A stretch of 64,000 nt of DNA from Balanoglossus misakiensis (lineage: Eukaryota; Animalia; Hemichordata): assembly GCA_040954595.2 (NCBI GenBank), contig CM082582.2, positions 11,213,483 to 11,277,482 of the forward strand. The letters run 5' to 3'. The notes beneath the pieces were generated by a model that worked only from the letters and a program-made list of their open reading frames with translations, searched no databases and was not told the origin of the DNA. This document shows, piece by piece, positions 45,660 to 57,900 of the stretch. The position numbers and the translations under genes were made by a program. Position 1 is the stretch's first letter; each line of letters opens with the position of its first letter.

Positions 45660-47205
45660 AAAGTCATCAATAATCCCCAAAACATTTATGAGGAGTTAAA
45701 AAGAACCAAGCAAGATCAAACGATGGGCTCTTGAAACAAAGTCAACAACAGAAACTAAGAAATCCCACCACCTGATTTTATTTTTTCGTTTTGTTTTTAA
45801 TTTGTAACTGTTTGGCAGGGATCAACCAAAGTCAGTACATACACTGATCATGTTACGGAATGCTTTTTTTTTGAAGAGTCTAATCATTGTGTGATGGTTT
45901 TGTTGTAACCAGCTCAATCAGTCTTATTAAAGAGATAGAAGGAACCACTCGTGTACAAAATTTGACCAATGGAGAATTTATTGGCTGCTGGTCTTTGTTA
46001 AGAAAAAATTAATAAGAAACTTTTAAGAAACTCAAATATATACAACCACATGTGGAAGTTTTACAATGCAGCCCGATGAAAAACTGGAACAATTGCTAAA
46101 ATGGGATATTTTTTTCTTTTTGGTTGAGTAGAGATAATTACTTATAGTCATACATGTATATTTGTTTCACAGTAGGATTGGTATTCATGTTAAACATGTT
46201 GTTTCTTCATAAAAATGACAAAAAAAAATAAACTTATGCATATGATATTGTTTGTCTTTTATTTATTTTTGTTTATTATTTGGAGAGGAATTCCCTCTGC
46301 CCAACGAAAATGGCAAATGGACTTGGTCGCCACGACTACATTCAAAACACAATCACCCAAATAAGATCTTAACCATAAAACTGGCTTTTGGGTATACTTT
46401 TATTTGAGAAACTATTAAATTTATTTTGTTTGAAGGCACAACAGGATTTAAAAGATACACCGAAAATCTGCAAGAAGATTTATCTTTAGCACCAGTGGCA
46501 AGAAAAAGGTACTAATGAAGTTAGGTTGGCAAGTTTGGTAAGATATAATACTGACACAGTTCATATTTATAAAGTTGTCAATTCAAAAAGCTACTGATCT
46601 ACAAATACAAGGGTCAAACAAAGTCATAATGCAGTGTTTTCTATGTTTTCAGCCATGTTTTTGAAAAAAAAAATATATATTTATACATGTATATTGAAAA
46701 TACCAACAAATATTTGCATGTTCTCCTTTGAGTGACAAATGGTAAATAGTATAAAAAACAGCCATTATTCTCAGCTCATCAAAAGTTCTGTTCAGCAAAT
46801 TTTGGACGAGCTACTGATATTTGAATGGAAGTATGAAATTCATCCTCTCGTATTGTCAGACATTGGCAAGATGGGCCATCTGAAGCCCACAACCTTTCAA
46901 AAACAAAGTAATCAATTAACAAGAAACATTAACATTCTTAATTACAAATTTGTTTTAGAATTCTTTTCAGGAAAATATAACTAGATTTAAATTTGATTGA
47001 TCAACTTTAGAGACACCACAAAACCCTTTAAATTTATCAAAACTGGAGGGCTCTGTATTACAAAATAGATTTCTTTTGCTCAAAGGTGCCCTCTTTATAG
47101 TTCATTGTCATAAAAACTTGATAATTTTATCATTTTTACGAGTACAAATGTATATCTCGGCTAAAATAATTAGGACACTGTCATCATTTCCATTCGATAG
47201 GTCCA

Positions 47206-49115
47206 TCATCTGATTCCTTTATAGACTCGGACTTTGCCAGTGAACTCCAGCGTCTGAAGGACCATGGCTTGGAACTCGCCATCATGAACTCCCGTGACCC
47301 GAAATGCAGATTTCTGCTCGGGCTGGTCAGCGGGCAACGGTTTGGCGTAGTAATGGTCCCAGTTGCCTGCTGATGTAGCACCATAACCAAATACATTCAC
47401 CTGGGGAAGAAAATTCAATTGGTAAACCAACAAAGTAGAGTGATACACCTGCCTATTAAGGACACCTTCATGATGTCCTGATTAGAGAGGTGTCCATAAT
47501 GTAATGACTGGCGACTCAGTGAGTGTATTTTTGAGCTAACCAAAGTTTTGACAAAACATGGAATTTTTGACAGTCAGAAGATACAATTGAACACATGTAC
47601 ATACCACATCACAGCTATACAAAGCAAACACCAGCGCAAGCATACCAGTGGATGGGTATCTCCCATGCATCTCTGTCCATGTCTTGTGGATGTGATACAT
47701 CAACGCGGGATTAAAGACCTGAATCTGTGGGGTAAACAAGAGACCAAGAGTCAACCATGCGCCATCCCCTCTTGCATAATGGAACAGTCGATTCATCTTT
47801 GTGTGACTGTATGATATCAGTTGTCCACCAGGCTGCTGAAAATATTGGCTATGGCTTTTGTGGAAATTGAAACTTTTGTTGAAGGACAAAAAACGTTTCC
47901 TTACCTTGGATGGAGGTACTTTAATGTGTCTCTGCACTGGCCAGTATGTTCTGTGGTGTGGAAAAATAACAATGAATATAACTTAGAGCTGTTCATATGG
48001 TGCGGTAAATTTGTAAATTGTTGAGTACGATAGAAAAAAATGAAGTCGTTTTTAATCACCTTTCAATCTTTCCTGTCGTCAGTGCACTGATGACCCATTC
48101 TACATCAAGCGGTTTGAAAGGAAGGAGAACAAAGTTGGTTTCCCCGGTTACTTCACGAAAACTCTCTGGATACATAAACCTGTGAGTTGTACGACTGCCG
48201 ACGTCCTTCTCATATCCTTTCGACGGTGCCACGTTTAATCTGCAGAGAATGCACAGAAATTGGGAAAGTTTGACAAGGTACGTGTTAAGACTGTGGCTGA
48301 ATAACAATGGCTGTATGCACTGAACCAAGTCTGTGTGGCTATGTAAGCTGTCAGGTGATCGGGCGCCATGCTTTGGAACAGCCCAACACTCTGTAATGAA
48401 TGACCCACCTCATGACGTAGTCATGCCGATCTATCAGGTTACCATAGCCACTGCCTCTCAAGTTGCCAGAGTTTCCCACCACAGCGCAGCGCAGGCAGCG
48501 ACTGGGATCACCCACTTTATATGGATTGACATCCGGAATGAGTTTGAAGAGCTGATCCAAAATGTCGGACATGTTCCCCGGTGCTTTGCTGTGTTGTATT
48601 CTCTGAAAAATCCAAAGGATTTACAATCTTTCACCTCATATTGATTTTAAGTAGCCATTCATATCCCCCCACTGAATGTCTGACAGGCGAGATGTAGGTT
48701 TGCAAAATTACAGAAATCACACAATCTGCCAGCCTAAACAAACACTGCACTTATGGAGAATTCCACGGTTGTTCCATCTCAATGCAAGACCCACGACACA
48801 AATCACCATGGCTACGACTCACTCACTCACCAGCCACCAAGCCTCCACATCTTTGTCCAGCTCCCTCTCCTTGCTAGTCCACACCGGCGACATTCCGTCC
48901 ACATATCGCTTGTCGAACCACTTGGACCGGCCACGTGTCCAGAGCGGCACTCCGGTGCAGTTCGACGATCTGTTCTCGGCGACGCTCGGTTGCCGCAGCT
49001 CGACTGTTGCCGACGGCGACTGCGGAGACAGCATGTAGAGGTACGACAGCACCGATACCGCCAAGAACACCAACAGACAGGCCACCAATGTACGCAATCT
49101 TGTGACAAACATCAC
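47206..49115 (-). CDS. ST3GAL2: CMP-N-acetylneuraminate beta-galactosamide alpha-2,3-sialyltransferase (ST3Gal I/II-like, GT29)
   Basis: Type II membrane anchor ([18 protein letters not shown]); sialylmotif [29 protein letters not shown]; S motif [21 protein letters not shown]; HYY motif; VS motif HDGEFQ. It is probably the pro-orthologue of ST3GAL1/2; the symbol was chosen from adjacency to FUK. Confidence 0.88.
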
Positions 49116-51035
49116 TCTGATTTTTTACTTAATTAAAAGAGGCACTTGAAAATCTTAAGAGATTTGGCAACTTCGTGTGGCATTCAGCTTGGCCCAGAAA
49201 AACTAACAGGCAGATGTACAGAAATTCTCTGCTGAAAAATTTCTCTCCAATAAACCTTTTAAATATTTTAGCAACTGTATGATCAAGTCGTCCTGTGCTG
49301 AATTACATTTGAAAATTTCATGTCATAAAATTTCTGAGATAACGGATTATTTTAAAATTTTTCAACAATCAATAATACATAGGCAATTTGGAGGCATCTG
49401 ATACTGTAAATACAATTTGATACACAATGTATCACATCATTATTCGTAATCTGCTGATAATATTCAATTTTAATTGCCTGACTGCCCTGTTTTTTATGGT
49501 CTATACACACACCCACGCAGGTGTATAATTCTGTGTGATTGAATTGATAACGAAAGAGGCCCTCAGAAAACTGCGCAATATGAAAACAGGTGCCTTGAAA
49601 TGTACGGGAGACGTGAATTCAGTGTCGGAATGGATACAGCCGGGTTCCGGAAAAAAGCGCGGATTATTCCATTGATGAGAGCTGCAACCTGTTAAGTGAA
49701 AGAGAACGGAGTTGGTTTGACCTTTGACCATGGGAAAAGAGGCTCCTGAACTAATTCTGTGAAACTCAATGACCCAAATCCTGTTTTAGGACGACATGGC
49801 GTCCTTGATTGGACGAACAAACAAGGTCTGATAAAAAAATGTGGTCCAAGGACTGGGTTGAGAATCAGGATGATCTCAGTGTTGTTTGTTCTCAATTTAG
49901 AATTAAAGGGTACGGTGTTGTTTGTAGCTAAACATTGATGGCCCTGCGGCCTAACAACACAAGAATCCTGAATATGATTTATCTTGCACTATAAATGACA
50001 CTTTGCCATATGGTATAGACTCTGGCCAGACTCTGAGAAAAGCCTAAAACATACATGGCTAGATTCTAGACTAAGAACATAAGAACAATATCAGATACTT
50101 TTATCACCTACCTCAGAATATGTGACCAAAATGAAAAATGTGTTGTAGTGTGAAAATTTGTCCCTTTCACATTTAGACCACGTCTCGCTCAGAAAATGTT
50201 CACATTCTTCTCCACGACAGACTGCAAGAGTGAATGGCCACCAAATCCCTCCCACTTCTGAAACCACAGAATTATCTTTCCAGTCTGCGAGTTGGAATCA
50301 AAGAAACTCGGTCAAATCTCTCCGTCTGACAGCCAGTGAATGCAGGTGAGGCTGAAACGAGCAACAATATACATACCACAAATGTCAGGGTTCATGTTAT
50401 GTTGACAAAATGATATCGTACATGCAAACTTACTTGACCTTAGGTTTACATGTACAGCCCTGAGGGCAACAGGATGACCTCTGAACCCTGCCAATAATCG
50501 CAATTTCTTGATAATTAAATTTCTATTGAAAGTTATGCAACAAGAAAATTGAATTCACAAACTGTATGTGTATAGTATAGGGTGATTTGTTCGCTATTAA
50601 TGAAAGCAAACAAAGTGGGCAGTCTTGACAAGTTTTATAATCGTAACAAATTCGAAACATGTCAAATGAGCTGATTATGTCGCTTAATGTATCACAGGGT
50701 ACAATGGTATGTCTGCAACAGCTGTGTGTGTATATTTTACATGTACTATTGCTCTGATAATCCTACATGAGGAAAACACAGAGAGAAAACATGTATTTTA
50801 AAACAATAATCGGGTTTTATGCTGGTACTGGAAACATTATCCGAAAGGCTATTTTAGTGGTTGCCACAGCAACCACATCTCATTCAAAGAGACGTGTTTT
50901 CTCCTGCGTACATAATTCCATTTGAACAACTTTTCATAAAGCATTTGACCCAGGATTTATAAGAAGATCAATTTTACATTGATTTCCATTGTCCTGTCAT
51001 TATATGTGGTGAAATAACAAATATTAGACTTTCTA

Positions 51036-52965
51036 TTTAGGGTTTCGAGACCCTCTGGTCTCGAAACCCTCTTGAAATCGTGTTGTTTTTTATTATTATT
51101 CTTCTTCCCACTCTTAAAAACAGCCGCTATTCGAAGACCGTTGCACCCAATGACTTGAAATTTGGCTCATAGGTAAATCTCAAAGCAAGTAATTTTCTGA
51201 TCATGTAACTATGGCAACAGGTCACATGACCTGGCAGCCATCTTGGATTGAAAGTTTAAAATTGATCTCATTTGCATAAAAAATGACGAATCAAAATTCT
51301 TTGAACAAACTTTGTGGACCATATGGCCAGGGTCCTATATGCAAAATTTCAATGTTCAAGTCTTTGCCGATTTTGAGGAGATGATTTTTAAAGCATTATT
51401 TTTCATATTTTTCAAGACCATTGGACCCAGCCTTAGGCCTATACTTTCCATAGTTAAGCTATGGCCACCTAGGATCTTAGATTTATGCCCAATATCTCAA
51501 CATCCGCTGGGCTGATCAGCTTCAAATTTATTGTGCAGCTAGCCTACCTTCCAACAATCAGTTCCAACTGGAAAAAATAATATGAAAAATCGACCGATTT
51601 TTTTATATTAATTTTTTTATGAAATCTATACCTATACGTATTCCACTATAGTTAAGCTATGGCCAAGTCGTTTTGTAGAATTCTGGTTGGTGCAATAGTC
51701 CTATCGGCCAGTGTGCAGCATAGGACCACAAAAAGAAGCCAAATTAATTCAAGGGTCACCTGTGACACCTGCCTAACTCATTAATTATGTGCATACCTAA
51801 TTCGAGGCAAACCAATAGGGCTACAGGTCTGATTTTTGTTAGACATGGACCAGTATGGGGTCAAATTATCCCCCGAAATTTGGGGTGACCTTGAGTGACC
51901 TTTGACCTTCTTCCGCATATCTCGGCATCCAGAGCAGGTACAGCTTAGGTGTTTGGGTGGATGGTACCAAAATAAGAAGCCAAATTCAAGGGTCACCTGT
52001 GACACCTGCCTAACTCATTAATTATGTGCATACCTAATTCCAGGCAAACCAATAGGGCTACAGGTCTGATTTTTGTTGGACATGAACCAGTATGGGGTCA
52101 AATTATCCCCCAAAATTTGGGGTGACCTTGGGTGACCTTTGACCTACTTCCTCATATCTCGGCATTTACAGCAGGTACAGCTTAGGTGTTTGGGTGGATG
52201 GTATGAAAATAAGAAGCCAAAATTTAGGGTCACCTGTGATTCCTGCCTAACTCATTAATTATGTGCATACCTAATTCTAGGCGAACCAAGGGGGCTACAG
52301 GTCTGGTGTTTGTTGGATATGTACCACTAGGGGATCAAATTGTTTTGCCCAAATTTTGGGGTGACCTTGGGTGACCTTTGACCTACTTCCACATATCTCA
52401 GCATCTAGAGCAGGTACAGCTTAGGTGTTTGGGTGGATGGAACCAAAATAAGAAGCCCAAATTTAGGGTCACCTGTGACACCTGCCTTACTCATTAATTA
52501 TGTGCATACCTAATTCCAGGCGAACTAACAGGACTACAGGTCTGGTGTTTGTTGGACATGGACCAGTATGGGGTCAAATTTTCCCCCCAAATTTCGGGTG
52601 ACCTTGGGTAACCTTTGACCTACTTCCGCATATCTCGGCATCCACAGCAGGTACAGCTTAGGTGTTTGGGAGGATGGTACCAAAATAATTAGCCAAAATT
52701 TAGGACCACCTGTGACACCTGCCTAACTATGTGCATAACTAAGTACACACGAACCAATAGGGCTAGATGTGTGGTTTTTATTGGACATGGACCAATATAG
52801 TGTCAAAATTTTCTGCTCATATTTAGGGTGACCTCACATGACGTTTGACCAACTTTCCCACATCCTACACCCTGACTAATTAAATATGCACATATCTATC
52901 TCCAGGCGAACCAATAGGGCTAGCAGTGTCTCGAAACCCGCTTATTGCTGTTCACAGCTATATTT
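51036..52965 (+). mobile_element. Non-autonomous Helentron-associated element (HINE / DINE-1-like)
   Basis: 5' hairpin AGGGTTTCGAGACC-ctct-GGTCTCGAAACCCT (51039-51070), then a (TTA)/(TTC) run, a central tandem array, a 3' subterminal inverted repeat GTCTCGAAACCC (52928-52939) and a short stem-loop GCTG-ttca-CAGC (52947-52958). Ends are T-rich and there is no ORF. Confidence 0.75.
51735..52920. repeat. Tandem array of ~5 units of 237-239 bp
   Basis: The motif GGGTCACCTGTGACACCTGCCTAACTCATTAATTATGTGCATACC recurs at about 51753, 51990, 52227, 52466 and 52703. Confidence 0.92.
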
Positions 52966-53595
52966 ATTAATGGTATTGTGATTTGATTTTTCATTCAGCT
53001 TGAGTGATTGGCCCACAAAATGTCAAAATTGATTCCTTTGATGACAAATTAAAATTCTCATATATGCTACAGTTGTGAAGTGGTAAAATATTCATAATTC
53101 ATTTCCATGATAACATTCTGGAAAATAATATGGGTAGGGTCAATCAATTTTACTTATTGGTGTGGTCCTGGTTGTGGAAGGGTGTGATTATTCTACCAAG
53201 TACAATGGTCAAAATGTATTGTTATTACTTTAGTATATTGCCAAATCATGCATATGCATAATATTGGGCATATGCATTTATGATTATGTAAACAACTGGT
53301 AGTGGTAACTGTTCTTGGGGAATATTTGATCATGAAAGTGACCCATGGGATTTTACAGGCAACGACGATTTAGTGATTGAAATTGAAAGTATTACAGTTT
53401 CCCCCTTCAATACGCTGGCTGTCCCGGGTTGATCTTCGAGAAAGAAAACGTCCATTGTTAATACATATGGAACATGCAAGTTGAATGGCCGCGATCGCTA
53501 CGCGATTTAGTACAAACAGCTCGAGATCTGCAGTTTTGACTAAGTCACCGCACTAACTATATTTGTTCTATGAGCGAAAGATGTGTGAGAAAAAC

Positions 53596-53955
53596 TCACC
53601 TCATTTGGGATGTGATGGAGACTTCGATCAGTGAAAGACGCGCTTACAAAAGCAGTTGATCTGTTGACTTCTGTTCGAGCAGTCTACGTTGCGTCTGGCC
53701 AATGTGTATATTTCCTCATCGTCACCTTCACACGCACTGTCGCTTTCGTTCATTTGCATAATAAAAGGTTTGCGTTTGACCTCTCAACCCGGAAGTTCGA
53801 TGGCACAGCTGGCCCGTAGCACTCGATCGCAAGTGGGAGGGTACACATATGCACATGTACTTAATAATATTGAATCAGATACACACGGAATCCATTCTGC
53901 CAGGTCGGCTATGGTAGCTCAGATCGGCACATTGTGATCATAAATCGTCGTAAGT
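53596..53955. promoter_or_regulatory. Probable bidirectional promoter and non-coding first exons of ST3GAL (-) and FCSK (+)
   Basis: CpG-richer segment with CCGGAAGT at ~53789, a minus-strand donor (ctcacc, ~53595-53600) and a plus-strand donor GTAAGT at ~53950. Confidence 0.45.
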
Positions 53956-54857
53956 ATTCCACTTTGCTAAATCATAAATGCATTACTTGTCCTCCAGCGA
54001 ACGATCACATATATGAACAAGGGATCCGCTGCTACAGTACAGTTTGGATTTCGCAAATCTTAGTAATATTTCTCATATAACAGAATCGGTGCAGTAATTA
54101 TAAACACTTGTTTATAATATTGAATCACAGTCCCTCTATTAATACCTTCATAATGTGTATAATTCGACAAGAGATCATTAGATATATGAGGCGCCATGTG
54201 TGAGATGCAGAAATATCACTGAGGGGGCGCTGTGTATTTGAAGTGCATTCCAGAAATTGTCCAAATGCCCTTCTGAAATACCAGCAAATTTCAAATTATA
54301 CTGTCCTTGAAATTTACCATACTAGTAAGAATATGCTCTGGACTACCAATCTGCAGGAGTACTTTAACTATTTCCAACATCTGCTACGAAAGCGACAATA
54401 TTCACAAATATTAAAAGTTCACTTTGGCAAAGTTTTCTTTACTAATGGAACAAACAAACAAAATAAACTGAGTTGATTTGTACACTGCAAGGAAAGTAAC
54501 TGGCATCTAATTTAGTTACAAAAAACAAGTCCACATATACAATTGAATAATAAATGCAATATCTGATAAATATTTTAATAATAACAGAATGGTGCTGGTC
54601 AGTTTATATTAATCCCTGGATTGTATTTTCAATGACTGTCAATTTTCATAATTCATCTTTTGTGATAAACACAATGAGCTTTGGATTATATACACATATG
54701 TAGTCAGAATGTTATTTGATTTCTTTGATACTTTTTGAGTCATCTGCAAAATAATCTTATAGTCAGTCTGTTTATTAATCAACTTTTTCATTAAACATTG
54801 ATGTCTGAATTATAAGGATAAGTGTCTTTCAGGTTGGCACATTAGTGTTGTGAGAAG

Positions 54858-54944
54858 ATGTCATCACCAGATCATGTAAAGTGGACGGCAGTAGTTTTGA
54901 CTTGTCAAACAAAGACTGCAGCTTATGCATATCAGAAAGGTGAG

Positions 54945-54975
<31 letters not shown>

Positions 54976-57900
54976 GCACACTCACTTATTTTCTTGTCAG
55001 AACTTTCTCTCTTCGAACTGAAATCTTCTTTCTGTTTTAATTCACAGAGCTGGACATTCTGCAGGGGAAAGGAATCATTGACAAAGATGTCTTGGTGTTG
55101 ACCATAGAAGATCCCAAGGCAGCGATTGGTAGCGGTGGTGCAACGTTGAATGCCTTGCTGGTTGTATCAGAACATCTGAGTGCTCAGCAGGGATACACAG
55201 TATGTCAACACGTCAAATGCACTTTTACTAGCAAAAAAGGTCTAAACCCAATTAACTCTAAAGGGACGGAGAAATTTGGTTGGTTTGCCAAAGGGTTAAT
55301 TTGGTTTAAGAGGTTCTGTAGCATGGTTTACTGTGTGAAAGGGAAAGCAGAAAGATGTTAAGGTCACCAGCTGATTTTTGTTCTTTTTTGCACACAGGTT
55401 GTAAATGCTGATGTACTGCATCACTCTCATATTCTTATTATGCACATGGTAAGTACCAATGCCTTTGGTCTACACATTGCAAATTTCTCACTGAAATGAT
55501 CCACTGATACAAACTGTATAATTATTTGTAATATGATTGTTTGTCTAGGGTCGTAATTTCCCATATGACACGTGTGGTCGGGCATTTGTCAGCATACCTG
55601 CAAAGCATCATGGAAGTGACACCACTGGGTATGCGAGTCTGGTATACAATATCAGCAGCTTACTGGATACCATGACAACAAAGGTAACTATTATTAGAAT
55701 TACTTTTTATAAGGTTAATACAAAAGGTGTGGTGATGTATAATCATTTTAAGCATTCATAACACACATGAACAATCTTATTCCCAGATTGCACTTGGTTC
55801 CCCGCCCGGAGTGTGGATCTGCAGCACGGATATGTTCCTGACCATTCCAACGGCAGCCAAGATCAACTGGGAAGATTTCCAGGGCATATGTGCAATCGCC
55901 GTCCCAGGAACTATGGAGTATGCCAAGAATCATGGAATCTATAAAATCAACAAGGAGGTGAGCGTGTACAGAAAAATAATCAGCTGAACTTTTGAAAAGA
56001 AGTGCAGTGCATGATCCCAAAGCTTTCACAATCAACAAAGTGTTTCATTTGGAAATTATGCTCTTTTCATTTTCAGGGTGTTGTCTCAGACATTGTGTAT
56101 CAGGGAACCAAGACAGCTATTGAAATGTGTGCAATGAAAGACGGAGATGTTGCCTTGGTAACAGGAGTTGTCTTCTTCTCAGTCAAGTAAGTTGCATCCA
56201 AGTGAAAATGTTGTATTTTATATTTGTATTAAATTTAAAGTGCTTGGTATTATTTTTATGTTTATTGTGTCTTTTCTTTTTCCAGTGTTGCAGAAAAATT
56301 TCTGTCATTTCATGTGTTGCCACCCATAGATGGCTGTACTTACATGGGTATGGACAGTGGAGGAAAGCCAATACCGGTAAAAAACAAATACATGTATATC
56401 ACAAATCACAAACCAGTGAAGTTTGCATTTTCCTATTTATTCAATATTCAGTTTGTGTAGAGTAATGAAGGAACGGTCACTACATGACAAAGGTGCCCCT
56501 ATACACCAGTCTGTAGTTCAGTCATAATTTTTCAATCTATCCATCTTCATTTTTACCTCTACAGCTGTCTCTGTTCTTTGATTTCTTGCTGTGCATGGCT
56601 GGTGACATCACCGAGGAGAGCTTTGTGAGTGGAGACAGGGCTGGTGTCTATGGTAGCTCCCTGCCCTCGCTCTCCGATGATGAACGAAATGCCGTGAGAA
56701 CTGCAAGGTCTATTCTGTGGAACGGGTTCAGGGGAACAATTCTCAAAGCAGGTAAGTTTGAAATGAATATGTTGTGTCAGGAAATTCAACAATACTGATA
56801 TTATTGCATGTTCGGTTTACAAACTCAGAGCTTGAAAGATTAGGTAAGAAACTTCTGCTCTATAGTTTGATATAAGTTATGTTTTCATTGCCCATTTATC
56901 CTAACTTGTTCCTCCTCATACAGTATGTCTAATGGATGGTAGCCATGACTACATGAGTCTCTTAGCAACAGACCACCACAGACACATGACAAACTGTCCA
57001 GTTCAAATAGATGATGAAAGTACCTGGAATTGGAACAACAAAACCTACTCATTCATTGAGGTGAGGCCTCTCAGTTAGTCAAAAAATATTCATTAAATTG
57101 CATTTTGTCAAAAATTAATTTCACTTTTGCAGCTGCTTGTAAAGTGAGCTTATAGGATTATTTATGAGTAAGAGAGAGACCAGTATGTTTTAAATTTCTT
57201 TTTGTCAGCATATCGATTGTATCTCTCCCCCTTTCTGTTGCTAGGATACATGCACTGTTGAAGAGACAAGCGTTTTCATCAACAGTCTCCTGTCTAAGAG
57301 CATCGAAGTGGGACCACGATGTGCAATAACTCATTCCAACCTGGAGGTATGGCCATTCTTGATATCCCTAAACATATATTCAAATCTGGTTTAGCAGGAT
57401 TTGCATATATGTTTCTGATAGTTTTTTTCCTAAACAGTGCAGTCAAGCAAACAGATAAAACCAACACATAAATTTAGCAAATAACTTCTACATTTCTATT
57501 TTCTTTATTTCGCATCTATTAATCTCAACTTAAAATGTTTTATATCCTTTTTCAGGGACCTTTCACTATTGCCAGAAATTCTGTTCTGTCCGGTGTGTCG
57601 CTGAAGGCATCAAAGGTATGAATGGCTTGTATTCTTGTTCGAACCACATGATTTACATGGGTTTTTTTTGTTAAGAAAGTTGTGAAATTTTACACTATGT
57701 TCTGAAGTGACACAGAATTTTGAAGTGCTCCCTCAAATGCCTTTGGAAGATTGTTGTGACACTGTATATGCTGATGCTCATACTCCTCTGTTTATTCATT
57801 TTAACAGAAAATGAAAGGTCTAGAATTGTTGACTGGTATAATTTTGAGAGGTGCCCACATCAGACTCGGTGGACATAGCACTGGTAGTAAGCCTTTCAAG

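Noticed and set aside
47455-47496. Short inverted repeat GGACACCT...AGGTGTCC
   Set aside because: It is only an 8-bp stem, at most a MITE remnant, with no other support.
51735-52920. Tandem array as a CRISPR array or coding repeat
   Set aside because: The context is eukaryotic, whole units repeat without unique spacers, and there is no sustained ORF.
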